Shown here: positions 27,215-38,943 of the stretch, in pieces
Layout: every line of letters starts with the position of its first letter
How positions within the stretch are numbered: the first letter of the stretch is position 1
Source of the DNA: Neoconidiobolus thromboides FSU 785
Lineage: Eukaryota; Fungi; Entomophthoromycota
Assembly: GCA_025603075.1 (NCBI GenBank)
Contig: MU626300.1
Location: 64,690-128,689, forward strand
Reading direction: 5' to 3'
DNA: 64,000 bases
Program-made: the position numbers and the translations under genes
Notes under the pieces: generated by a model
The model's input: only the letters and a program-made list of their open reading frames with translations
Told to the model about the DNA's origin: nothing
Databases searched by the model: none

Positions 27215-27310
27215 AGAGGTGTTTTTTGAGTTTATTACTTTTCCATTTTTTGAGCGCTATTTGAGCGGAAAAATTCTTAGTAAAATTCTTGAACAGAAAA
27301 ATACATCCCC
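27215..27310 (-). mobile_element. MITE family copy 10
   Basis: AGAGGTGT..ACATCCCC ends, flanks ATAT/ATAT. Confidence 0.9.
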
Positions 27311-27490
27311 ATATACTATCATTTATTGAATGAAATTATTTATTACTTATTGAATGTAAACTATATTGTACCTAATACTTAATGCTATTATCTGGATTAT
27401 TTTTGTAGAACTATACAATAAAAGAAAATAACTTAAACAATAATATTCAATCCATTTATTCATTTATTCATTCATTATTGTTAAAAATAA

Positions 27491-28483
27491 TCAACAATAA
27501 ATGTATTTATGTAGCTCATAACAGATAGGAAGGTTAGAATGGTTGAATCTAACATGAGGAAGTGTATGTTTCCTAATAACTTTAATACCTAACTCCCTAA
27601 GTTCATCATTTAATAAGGAGATATTAAAATTCCAGATAATCAAACTTAATTTGAGTTCATTAGCTAAATTTAAACTGGCTTGAATTAATGGGTTAGCATA
27701 TTGATTAATATTATATCTTATTACATTTAATTGATTTAATTTAAAATCATAATCAAATATCATAAATTCATTTAAATATTCAATAGCATAAACCTTAGGT
27801 AAATCAATATTATGATGTCGATTATAAAAATCAGATCGTAGCCAATGCCATTTATAAGTAATAAAATTAGGTTCTACTATAAATACACCTTCTTTTAATA
27901 ACTTTTCATCATTAAGTTGTTGAATTCTTTCTTTACTTAATTGACAATCTATAGTAGTTAATTGTTCTATTTGGTTTTGATTAAGATATTTTAAATTTTT
28001 ATCTTGAATTTTAGTAACTGAAGTATTATCAAATTGAACATGAAAAGGCAACTGTAATTGAAAATTCATTCTTTCATAATAATTGTCAACATCTGAAAAT
28101 AACATCATTAAATTGTTTTCTTTTCGGTCCATTTCAGTTAATACTTTGTTAATCATGACTTCCGCATACCCTTTCTTTCTTTCATTTTCAATAGTAAATA
28201 CAGAAGCTAAACAATTTAATTGAAGTTCTTTATATCCATCTAAATCTTTATAATAGACTTGACGAGAGATAACTTCACATTGGGAAACTACTTTTTCATT
28301 TTCATTTAATAATAAATAACTCTTAATATTATTTTTAATAAATGTTTCATTTCGTGATAATATTTCTCGTTCAATAAATTGTTCTATTGTATAATCTTCG
28401 CTACCCCATTGTTGATAAACTGTTTTAAATGTTTGTAATATGTCTTCAAATGAGGTGGCTACTTTCAATTGTAAATTAGTCAT
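27491..28483 (-). CDS. GNAT acetyltransferase, LYC1-like (lysine N-acyltransferase family), paralog 1
   Basis: LASVFTIENERKKGYA (GNAT motif A), MLFSDVDNYYER, C-terminal FDYDF..NQL.VIRY, IWN and TLPH shared with the other two paralogs. Confidence 0.78.
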   Translation of the reverse strand: MTNLQLKVATSFEDILQTFKTVYQQWGSEDYTIEQFIEREILSRNETFIKNNIKSYLLLNENEKVVSQCEVISRQVYYKDLDGYKELQLNCLASVFTIENERKKGYAEVMINKVLTEMDRKENNLMMLFSDVDNYYERMNFQLQLPFHVQFDNTSVTKIQDKNLKYLNQNQIEQLTTIDCQLSKERIQQLNDEKLLKEGVFIVEPNFITYKWHWLRSDFYNRHHNIDLPKVYAIEYLNEFMIFDYDFKLNQLNVIRYNINQYANPLIQASLNLANELKLSLIIWNFNISLLNDELRELGIKVIRKHTLPHVRFNHSNLPICYELHKYIYC

Positions 28484-28937
28484 TTTAATTGTTAAATTAA
28501 AGATTGATATGATGTTATTTTTATACTTTTTTTACTTGTTTTTATCCGATACATTAAATATTTGATGTAACTGCGTAAAAACAAGAATAAATAGTGTAGT
28601 CTCATGCGTATGTTGTTTATGAATAGTAGGATTTTCTTAAAATTTTAAAGTTTAATTTTTTAATTTTTTAAAGTTTTTAATTAAATGTATGTTTGTATCT
28701 ATTTCTATTATTTATGTTACTTACATAAAATGTTTTGTTGATATTATTTAAGCATTATCTATCTATTTACTACTTCAAAAAATTATAATTTTAATCTACA
28801 AACCTTCCAATATGAAAAAACGTGATCAACTATTATCATAATATTCTAATATCGCTTAAATTTAAATCCTATTCCTCAATGTATATTAACTTAATTTGAG
28901 AAGTGGATAAACTTCAAAAATACATACAAAAAACTTA

Positions 28938-29903
28938 TTATTTATTAAAGGTAACAAAATCATGATGAAGATATTCATTGCAATCATCTAAATCGATATC
29001 GAAATACTTTTTAATATTTTCCCTTCTACCTTGCTCATTCTTTAAATGAATTCGTTCCACCTTATCGTTGTTCATATTAACAATTTTAAGTTGATTATCA
29101 AATATCTTGTATAATTTATTCCCTTTTTGAATTCTTAATTGAATATGGTTAATGAATGGTTTAGAATTATCTAATACAGTAAATACATTTAAACGATTAA
29201 TATCTTCATGAAAATAAGGTTCTAATGCAAAGAAATATAATGGAGTAATAACATCATTATGGTAATATTGAGCCATATAAACTTTCTTGAATAAATTGCT
29301 ATTTCCGTATTTTGGCGGATATCTAAAAACTACCTGTAATTTTTGATTATACTCTAACTTCACAATCTCACACTTTTCGTCCTCTGTTTCTTCTTCATTA
29401 ATAGGTACAGGTAAAAATTGACCAAAACCATCCCAACCAATATCAGCTAAATATTTAACTCCATCAATTTGAACTAAATTAGCTGAATGCCTCATACCGC
29501 TCATCACTACTTTATTTTCTTTCTTTAATACATTAACATCTACTGAACGACAAGCCACAATAAAATTCAAATATCCAAAATAATTCAATACTTTATGAAA
29601 CAAAACAGCATGTTCAAAGCAATATCCATCTTTACCATTCACAATCATTTTGTTATATACATCTTGTGGATGAATGCTTACTCCTTTTGTAATAGTTTTA
29701 TTATTGACATAAGTCGACTCATGTTGTCCTTCTACTTGATTGTTATAATAAAAAAAACTTAAATTACCATAAGGTAGATGACTTAAATGATGTTTCATTA
29801 ATAGAGTTAAGGTTTCTAAGTTGGGTTCTGGTAAGCTATCTTCAACATAAGGAAACTCGATTTTATTAAGATATTGGATTATCTGTTGTTTGTTAAATTC
29901 CAT
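28938..29903 (-). CDS. Arylamine N-acetyltransferase (NAT family)
   Basis: HLSHLPYGNL; catalytic Cys in GKDGYCFEH; His in RHSANLVQ; Asp in YLADIGWDG (Cys-His-Asp triad intact). Confidence 0.88.
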   Translation of the reverse strand: MEFNKQQIIQYLNKIEFPYVEDSLPEPNLETLTLLMKHHLSHLPYGNLSFFYYNNQVEGQHESTYVNNKTITKGVSIHPQDVYNKMIVNGKDGYCFEHAVLFHKVLNYFGYLNFIVACRSVDVNVLKKENKVVMSGMRHSANLVQIDGVKYLADIGWDGFGQFLPVPINEEETEDEKCEIVKLEYNQKLQVVFRYPPKYGNSNLFKKVYMAQYYHNDVITPLYFFALEPYFHEDINRLNVFTVLDNSKPFINHIQLRIQKGNKLYKIFDNQLKIVNMNNDKVERIHLKNEQGRRENIKKYFDIDLDDCNEYLHHDFVTFNK

Positions 29904-31205
29904 CTTTTATTTTTTATTTATAAAAAAAGATAAAGTTCAAGAATATTTATAGTTTATTCTGTAACTTTTTTGATTAAATTCCATTGGCTACATTATTAAT
30001 TGTCACTTCTGGTCACTATCCAGTTTTTTTATAGCTTGTGAAATTTTAGAATTGAAATACTCATCAGGACTAAAGAGACATCGCCCTGTTTGCTCATTAC
30101 CTTGGTATGAAATAGATACTAAAATTATTATATATGATTACTATTCTGATAAACATTATATAGCTTTACTAATAACGAGATAGCTCTGGGTATTGTTTTA
30201 ATTATAAGGTGATTTTTAAAGTAATTTCATTTTTTGAACAAAGCCCTACAAGAGTACATAGAATTGCTACAAGGCGTCTTATTTACATAAAATGTGTTTT
30301 TACATATCAAAAAACATTTTCTATTGTAGCCAATAATCTTCCTTTATTCGATATGGAGATTACTAGAAACAACTTGTAAGATGAATCCTTTAAGTATTAA
30401 ATTAATTTAAAAAATAAGTCCAATTCAACCTGATTTTTTAGTTAACCGGGATTGAATTGGACACTATACTCGTAATTGATATACAAAGGACTAAAATAGC
30501 AAAGTTGAGTTGTTTAAAAAAAATTGTAGAAGCTCCATGAACGATATGCAGAAACTTGTAAAACTATAGGGACCAAATTACTCAATCAATAATTCAGATG
30601 GTAAAAATTCTATGAGGCATTTTATAAGTAAAAACATTGAAGAGTATAAGTAATATGGTAAACTATGGGTTCTTTGTGATCTACTTTTGAGGGAGTAGCG
30701 TAAAGCTTTACATGTGGTTTTTAACACAATATAATGATTGAAGTTGTGGTAAGAATTGAGAGCGTTTTTATCGGAATTTTACTTAATATAAATTATTTAT
30801 GATAATTGATTATATATAATTCATGATAAAACTCAAACACAGTGAATTAGATGTCAAATCAATAAATAATGGGACTTGAAGTATTAATCAAACAATGGAA
30901 TATCTTTTAGTTAATTAAATTTAGTCTTTTTTTATAACTTCAATTTTATAATCAATGAATTCCATCAACTCAATAAACCTTTTAAATTTACCTAATATAG
31001 TAGAAAAGCTATTTCTACTATTTTTTTTATTAACTTGACTTTAAAATATTGCACATGGGAAACAACTCTTCTTTAACGATAAAATATTAAATAATAAAAT
31101 AAAACAATGATCTATTAATAGTCACTTGAAGGCAACCCCTTAGTTTTATAAAAACTATATAAATAATATAAGACTCCTAATAATATACACATAAACCTAT
31201 TTAAA

Positions 31206-31937
31206 ATGAAATTTAACACGGGAATCTTATTATCAACTTTAGCACCTAGCGTTTTTGGTCAGTTAAACTCAGGTCTTACTTGCTCGAATGATATCCGCTC
31301 ATGCTCGGCAAGTGCCACTGATAAATGCTGTAGCCCAGATTTAGGTTTATTAGTCTTATCATTACAATGGATACCGAATTTAGGCCCTAATAATGCTTTC
31401 ACCCTACATGGATTATGGCCTAATAATTGTGATGGAAGCTATAGTCCTACGGATGGATGCGATGCTTCACGACAATATACTGATCTCGATGCCATAGTAT
31501 CTGCAGACCCTACCTTAAAAGAACAAATGAACACATATTGGTCATCATATAATGGTGACAACCCAGCTTTCTGGCAACATGAATGGGGTAAACATGGTAC
31601 CTGTTATAGTGTATTTTCACCAGATTGTTACTCAGCCTTTGAAAGAGGTCAAGATGCCAGAGATTATTTTAGTACTGCTTTGGCTTTAAGACAGAAAACT
31701 GATTTATATGCTACACTTAGTAATGCTGGTATAATTCCTGGACGCTCTTATTCGAGAAATGATTTTATTGCTGCTTTTAATCAACTTGGGGCTCAAGTTC
31801 AGCTCATTTGTAAAAGCGGTGCTATTAATGAAGTTAGAGTCTACTTTTATGTTAATGGTAAGGATAACTTTCAAATTACTAATGCTCTTTCTACTGGTTC
31901 TTGTCCTAAAACAATTAATTATCCTATCAAGGGTTAA
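31206..31937 (+). CDS. Secreted ribonuclease T2, paralog A
   Basis: Signal peptide; CAS I FTLHGLWPN; CAS II FWQHEWGKHGTC; conserved Cys pattern. Confidence 0.95.
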   Translation: MKFNTGILLSTLAPSVFGQLNSGLTCSNDIRSCSASATDKCCSPDLGLLVLSLQWIPNLGPNNAFTLHGLWPNNCDGSYSPTDGCDASRQYTDLDAIVSADPTLKEQMNTYWSSYNGDNPAFWQHEWGKHGTCYSVFSPDCYSAFERGQDARDYFSTALALRQKTDLYATLSNAGIIPGRSYSRNDFIAAFNQLGAQVQLICKSGAINEVRVYFYVNGKDNFQITNALSTGSCPKTINYPIKG

Positions 31938-32953
31938 TATTTGTTGAAAAAATTTGATCAAAAGTAACTGAATATTCAATAATATTTATAATAAAACTCA
32001 TTTACATTAAAAGAATTAAAGAATATATGATGTTTACATTTACTTCAACTCTAAAAGAATAATAAAAATATAGGCAGGTAAATGTAGCTCATAAATTTAA
32101 AAGGTTATTCTAAGTTTTATTTCAAGTAGTAAGTAGATATAATTTGTTGTACTTCATAAAAGGGTATAAAATAAAATTACCATGTGTCAAAAATAATAAG
32201 TGAATAAAATAAAAAACAAACCACTAATTAACTTATTTGCAATATCTGAAAGACAGTTTATAAATTATGAATTGTTTATTATACTAATTATACACCATGG
32301 AAAAAAGGCCCCGTTCATCAAAATTCCATATTTAAAATAGTTGTCAAGTTATAATCAATGGAATAATATCTAAATTTTAATTTTAAAACATATACTTAAT
32401 CCGAGGGGAGATGGTTTATCAGCATTGATTTGTCTAAAGTGTAGTAATGGGATTTTATAAGGCTGTAATTTAATATTAAATATCAAATTAATAAAATGAC
32501 GGCTCATCAGAGAATATCTAAGAGCATTAAATGCTAATATAAAAATAGAAACACTTTAAGTAAGCGAACGGTTCATATTAAACATACAAAATTTCATTTT
32601 TTTTAGAATAAATGTGATTAGATTTACCAACTTTATGACATAAGGTGACAGAATTTGATATCTAAAATAGAAATTTGTTGTTAGAAGATACTCCTTTCAT
32701 ACAATGGCTTATTATTACTGATACAAAACACTAAGAGCTCTTTACCACATAGCCATTCATATTAGAGTTAATATCCTAGTTATGCTAACTTTAGTATTTA
32801 AAGCTTTGTTTAGTAACAAAAATTAGAAAAAGCTCAATGGGATTAATTGTATAAAGTTAATTTAATAAAAATAGCTAATTAATACAAAGAAGTTGTTATA
32901 AGAATGGTTGTAGTTGTAATTAATGACTTTGATCGAGCTTTTCTTGAAATGAA

Positions 32954-33263
32954 CTAGTCCGTTCGATTGAGGATCTTTTTAACCCTAATGAAAAACTAAA
33001 AAGGGTTTAATGATAATAATGATAGAATAAAATAAACTACTTACTGGTATTTGTATACCGACTCCAATTAAATACAAAGCAATAGGTATTAATAAGTAAA
33101 CATCGGCACCATTAAGAATAACCATAAAAGCAATAGCTATGGCACAAGCTGCTGATAATAGGAAAAGGATAAGCAAATGAATCAACCAAAATTTACGCTT
33201 AAACTTGGAACGAGCCACTGGATTAGTTGCTACTTCTCTTGCTTCGCTGGCAGATATACCCAT
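32954..33263 (-). CDS. Small membrane protein of unknown function (~86 aa, 2 TM, 2 exons)
   Basis: Exon 33045-33263, phase-0 49-nt GTAAGT..TAG intron 32996-33044, exon 32954-32995 (FFIRVKKILNRTD-stop); two long hydrophobic stretches. Confidence 0.65.
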
Positions 33264-35304
33264 AGTTTATGAAAAAATATCATAACAACAGTTAAACTTT
33301 ATCTATTTATATGCTTTAATTTTCGAATGGCAAAATTTGATTTCATTTTAACGATGATCTAAAACTGACACAATTCTTTGAAGCTGGTTCAATAATCTAC
33401 CATATATAGAATTAAATCCTATCATTTTTATGAAACTTGTAATTCAATACACTTTTATCCTATTATTATAAGATAAACGTTAATTATCAGCTTTTATTTC
33501 TAAAATGACTTCACATTAGTTATTTTGATTAGAGGATCTAAAATTTCGTAAATTTTATTTTAACAAATCAAGAAGCGATTAATTTCTTATTAAATGATCT
33601 GGTTAGATACAATAAGCTAAAACAAATTTAATCAAACATCTTTAATACAAAATATTATTTATGGGGTATATAATGCCTCTTATTCTATATTAAGTATTAA
33701 TTAACCTTGTTTTTTAATTGTATCTAGTATGGGTCCAGCCTAAGTTTAAGACTTTCAAATAGTCCATAAGTGCCACTCGATATAATCTGGGGAATTTTGA
33801 TTCAGGTGTGCCTTGGTATAGATCTATAGACATATGCTCTAGCACTATATAAGATACGAAAGAATCTTGCTACCGATTCTATTTTTTGATTTGTATACGG
33901 ACCATAGATTGTGTTTATTGTTTAGTAGTTCATGGTTTACTTTATCTACCATTAAATATAGCTAAAGTTTTGAGCTATAATCTATTTAAATTTATTGACA
34001 TTAGAGAAATTTGTAAAAAATGCAAATTCTTACTTTATTTGTTTGTAATCAATTTAGTAAAATAATATTAGTTCAACCTTATTAAAAAGTCGCGAAAGAA
34101 ATTTTATTAAATTATTATATTTGTTAATTCAATTCCACTTTTGATAGAAAATTCTTGAAAGTAGTGCCATGTTTAAAAATGCTACCATCCTTTTACTTTC
34201 AATACAACTATTTCTATTGAATTATGTCATAACAACAACCCATAGAATACAAATCATTAATCTCGATAAATATGAAAAATTGAGTTATTTATTATGGAAC
34301 TCAGCTAAATTCAAGCATCATTTTTAAATCCATTTCTGTTTGATTTAATTGAATAAACAAAACTTTGAGCCAAAATTATGTTTTTTTAAATGCATATCCT
34401 GCTTTGTTTAAAACATGCAACTTTTTCAAAGGCTACTCAACTCAAATAAAACAGATATACATTTGGAAATAACACTTTTAAGTCTAACTGGGTTCTATAA
34501 TAACATGATATTTCTTCTTATTATAATTTAATTGAGTCATTTAATGAATCCTATTGACATTAACTACGCGACCCTCATTAAATTTGTTGTTATAAATGAG
34601 CCATTAAATAAACACTAATGAGTTTATTAGATAATTAAACCACTAAGCCTATATTATAGTTCAAAATAACTCTAATCTTTATCTTAGTTCATGTTTATGT
34701 AGTGTTATAAAAAATAGCCGAGCATACAAGTTACACTTCTTTGTAATTTTATTTAATGTGAGAGGTTTCTAAGGAAAATTAAATACTATGAAGTTGAATG
34801 AATTTCATTTATTGAATTTTTTTTATCATTATAGCCACTGTTTTAGCTTAATTTTAATAAGAGACCATTTGGCTTAATTTGGAAATTAAAATTCTAGATT
34901 GTCTTTTTGGTTTTGGCTTTAAAATAGAGTTAGAGCATGTCACTTATTTAAGATACTTATTTTCAAATATCAATATAGTTTAATATAAAATAATTTTAAG
35001 AGAGCAGTATTAGGGTTACCCTATGTTGATTAAATAGTATCTTTTGTTAAGCCTTTGTGTATCGAATTATGTTAGAGAGATAAAATTTTGATAAATTTTG
35101 AAAATAATATTACCATTTTAGAAAAAACTAATATAAGGCTAAACTCAGACTTGGGAAATCTGTGGATTAAGTTAGATTATTTACAATTTAGGAGGATTAA
35201 TACTAAAGTATATAAGAGAGATAAGCATTAAATATTGATATAAAAAACAAGAGTTTGTCAATATCTCATCATTTTTATTTATAAGTTTATTTGAGTTTTC
35301 TGTT

Positions 35305-36453
35305 ATGAAGTTAGCCTTTCTATTCTTAGTAGTCTTATTATATTGCAATGCAATCGCAGGTCAATTCCTACCCAAAACGTTTGTAATTAAATTCAAGGAT
35401 GATATGTTAGGCTTAAACCTTCATCAAGCCATCAGTAATACTTTGGCGCCATTGAAGCATTTAATATTTGGACGACCCGAAGTTAGAAACATTTATAGCC
35501 ATATTTTTAAAGGGTTTTCAGCTCACATGCCCGCTTTTTTAGTAGATAGGATTAAAAAATTACCACTAGTTGATGTAATTGAAGAAGACATGGTCATCAA
35601 TATCAATGATTTTCAAATGAACGCGCCTTGGGGTTTGGCTAGGATTTCCCAAAGGGAGCCTATTTCAAATAACAAAACAATATATAAACATAGCCCTAAT
35701 GGTGGCGAAGGTGTAGCTGTTTATGTCATAGATACCGGGGTTCGAATCACTCATGAAGAATTTGAAGGAAGAGCTGTGTTTGGAAAATCATTTACAGAAG
35801 GTAGTAATACAAGTGATGAGAACGGTCATGGTACCCATGTAGCAGCTACAGTAGCAGGAAAGACATATGGAGTAGCCAAAAAAGCACAAATTGTAGCCTT
35901 AAAAGTGTTTGATGCTAGTGGTACTGGATCAACATCCGATATTATATCGGCGGTTGATTGGGCAGTAAAAGATAAACGAGGTAAAAATGGGAATGTACTT
36001 AATATGAGTTTGGGTGGTGGATTTAGTATGCTTCTTAACTTTGCCGTTGAAAAGGCTTACCGTAAAGATTTTGTAATAGTTGCTGCAGCTGGTAATTCGG
36101 ATCAAAATGCTTGTTTTAATTCACCTGCCTCTAGCTTTAATGTTATTACCGTTGGAGCTACTAATATTACAGATCATCGAGCTTATTTTTCAAACCACGG
36201 TAATTGCGTTAACGTGTTTGCCCCAGGGCAAAATATCCAATCGGCTTGGATTGGTAATGATAAAGATACCAAAATTATTTCAGGAACCTCCATGGCTTGT
36301 CCACATGTAGCTGGATTAGCTGCTTATTTTTTAAGTCAAGAAAAACTAAAAACATCACAAGTAGCTAATAAAATCAAAAAATTGGCTACTAAAAAAGTAG
36401 TTAAAGAGGAGGGTTTCCTATCGCCAAATATATTAGTATATAATGGCGAATAA
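35305..36453 (+). CDS. Secreted subtilisin S8A (proteinase K-like) with I9 propeptide
   Basis: Signal peptide; propeptide IFKGFSA; mature start Q.NAPWGLARIS; triad VIDTG, GHGTHVA, SGTSMACPHVAG; oxyanion AAGNS. Confidence 0.95.
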   Translation: MKLAFLFLVVLLYCNAIAGQFLPKTFVIKFKDDMLGLNLHQAISNTLAPLKHLIFGRPEVRNIYSHIFKGFSAHMPAFLVDRIKKLPLVDVIEEDMVININDFQMNAPWGLARISQREPISNNKTIYKHSPNGGEGVAVYVIDTGVRITHEEFEGRAVFGKSFTEGSNTSDENGHGTHVAATVAGKTYGVAKKAQIVALKVFDASGTGSTSDIISAVDWAVKDKRGKNGNVLNMSLGGGFSMLLNFAVEKAYRKDFVIVAAAGNSDQNACFNSPASSFNVITVGATNITDHRAYFSNHGNCVNVFAPGQNIQSAWIGNDKDTKIISGTSMACPHVAGLAAYFLSQEKLKTSQVANKIKKLATKKVVKEEGFLSPNILVYNGE

Positions 36454-36635
36454 TTATAGTATTATAGATACGCTTCGATTAAGATGTGCTTCTCAGCATA
36501 AAAAGTGTGGGACTAAGCAATGTACTAAACTATTAAAAATTATTAAATTAAAGTAAAATGAACATTGTATTTCAAAATAAAGTTTAATAAGCATACAACT
36601 TTTATTTTTTTTTATTTGAAACATAATAAATTCAT

Positions 36636-37370
36636 TTAATTTTTAATAGGATAACTAATTGTTGAAGGACAAGAACCAGCCGAAGGAGCATTAGTAATTT
36701 TAAAGTCCGATTTACCATTCACATACATATAAACTTTAACTTCACTAATCGCACCATTAGTACAAGTAAGTTGAACTTGAGCCCCCAATTTATTAAAGGC
36801 AGCAATAATATCACTTTTAGAGTAAGATCTACCAGGTGTAATTCCTGAACTTTTCAATGTATTATATAAATCGAATTTAGTCCTTAAAGTTAAAGCTGTC
36901 TTAAAATAATCTCTAGCATCTTGGCCTCTTTGAAAGGCAGTATAGCACTTTGGTTCATAGATAGAATAGCAAGTACCATGTTTCCCCCATTCATGTTCCC
37001 AGAAAGAGGGATTATCTCCTTTATAAGAAGCCCAATAAGTATTCATTTGGGTTTCTAAAGAAGTATCAACGGCAACTATATTCTTAAGATCAGTGTATTG
37101 ACGTGTACTGTCACAACCATTATTGGGGCCAAAACTACCATCACAGTTGTTAGGCCATAAGCCGTGAACGGTAAAGGCATCTTTAGGACCTAAACCAGGA
37201 TACCACTGTAAAGCTAAGACTAATAAACCGAGCTTAGGACTACAACAAGTGTCTGTAGCACTTGCTGAACAAGAACGAATGTCATTGGAACAAGCCAATT
37301 GTTTTGTTGTCAATTGACTTAAACTGGTTAGTGTGAAAAGAGGAAATAAAATACTGGTAGTGAACTTCAT
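36636..37370 (-). CDS. Secreted ribonuclease T2, paralog B
   Basis: Signal peptide; FTVHGLWPN; FWEHEWGKHGTC; colinear with paralog A. Confidence 0.95.
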   Translation of the reverse strand: MKFTTSILFPLFTLTSLSQLTTKQLACSNDIRSCSASATDTCCSPKLGLLVLALQWYPGLGPKDAFTVHGLWPNNCDGSFGPNNGCDSTRQYTDLKNIVAVDTSLETQMNTYWASYKGDNPSFWEHEWGKHGTCYSIYEPKCYTAFQRGQDARDYFKTALTLRTKFDLYNTLKSSGITPGRSYSKSDIIAAFNKLGAQVQLTCTNGAISEVKVYMYVNGKSDFKITNAPSAGSCPSTISYPIKN

Positions 37371-38742
37371 AATACAGAATAAGTTTTGTGATGAACCAAG
37401 TTAGACTTTTGTGAACTTATATAGCTTTTCAAATGCATTTGTTTTAGCTATATTTATTAATATAAATATATTATTGACTTTTTTATAACTTATTTACGGG
37501 TTATTATTTTAATTTAGATAATAAATGCCATGTGCCATGTTTGTTTGGTTCATGATCATAGTAAAATAAAACAGTTATTGACTGTTTAAAAGGCCATATT
37601 TGCTAAAAGTTTCGATCAATTGTTAGGTTTTATTTATTTATATTACTTTAAATGCTAACATCAGTTATATCACTTATTGTACTGATAGAACTAATAAATT
37701 TAAATTTAAAAAATTTATTATACATTTTATTATAAAATTTAAATGTATAATTAATTTAAAAGCGGTTATATATGCTATCATATGTCTAAAGATGATTTAA
37801 AGCATTATGTAACTATATTTGATATGTAAAATGAGTTTATTCAACCATAGCTTTATTAAAAATATTAAAATTTCCATAACTTCACACTTTACTTTAATTA
37901 TTGATATCTAAAATAATAATTAATAATTTCACATACAACGTGGTTCTAGTATAAGGTAAAGTAATAATGATTGAAGCACTTTGTAAAAGTTGTTAATGAA
38001 TTCGGTAACTTTTTCAGCTACCGCTACTTTACCACATGCTCGAAGGCGCTTGATTTTACTAATAAAATTAATGGTTTAATAAGGAATTTATAGCTAAAAG
38101 GCACATGTATTAATCTTATTCTAAAAAACCTTATTTATTAAAAAAATCATTATAATTTGATATACTATTTAAAGTAAACTATTGATTTAGGGATATTTTA
38201 TCGAATTTAGTAAATTGTTTCTTTTTGTTATTATAAAGTATACTGTTGATGACTATAGTTTTCGAAACTATACAATAAGCTGGAGTATTGAGCAATTTGT
38301 TATATCAATCTATTTTCTTAAATTATCCATGTTTTAATCTATAATTTAATTCATCTAATGCTTATGTTTTAATATTTATAATTGTCAAATACCCTCAAAG
38401 TAGTAAATATGATCATTAGATTTAACATATTATACTACATATAGTAATAGGCTGCAGATGTTTATTTTATTTAAAAAGGAGATGAAGTAAAGAAATTTAT
38501 ATATTTAGATCTATGTTGTTTACAATGTTTTAATCTATTGTTAATTTATTCTTGCTTCTTATGTTAGATTATTGAGTTTTATCTTAATGTATTATAATTA
38601 TTAGATTACTTAAAATTATTATATCATTTTAAAAGTTGTAATAACAACTATCAAAAAAGCATCATGAAATATAAATACACAATTTTTTCTATTAACATCA
38701 ACACATCCATCATATGAAAACTGGGCCTAAAAATCATTATTT

Positions 38743-38841
38743 GGAGATGTATTTTTATGTTTAATAATTTTACTAATAATCTTTCCGCTCAATTAGCGCT
38801 TAAAAAACAAAAAAAGTAATGAAGTCAAAAAAAACATCACC
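38743..38841 (+). mobile_element. MITE family copy 11 (first unit of tandem dimer)
   Basis: GGAGATGT..ACATCACC ends, flanks ATTT/ATTT. Confidence 0.92.
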
Positions 38842-38845
38842 ATTT

Positions 38846-38943
38846 GGGGGTGTTTTTTTGTGTTTAAGAATTTTACTAACAATCTTTTCACTCGAATAGT
38901 GCTTAAAAAGTGGAAAAATAATGAAATCAAAAAAAACATCGCC
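38846..38943 (+). mobile_element. MITE family copy 12 (second unit of tandem dimer)
   Basis: GGGGGTGT..ACATCGCC ends, flanks ATTT/ATTT; left flank shared with copy 11. Confidence 0.92.

Noticed and set aside
27491-29903. Lack of introns in GNAT and NAT as evidence of horizontal transfer
   Set aside because: Clearly eukaryotic genes here (STE12, homeoboxes, chitinase) are also intronless, so this is uninformative without a phylogeny.
30418-30462. 11-bp inverted repeat GTCCAATTCAA / TTGAATTGGAC with a 23-nt loop
   Set aside because: Single occurrence, no TSD and no second copy in the window.
33740-34300. Minus-strand NSPDYIEWHLWTI*K and HGTTFKNFL, reminiscent of IS630/Tc1
   Set aside because: Motif spacing is wrong and matches are too few.
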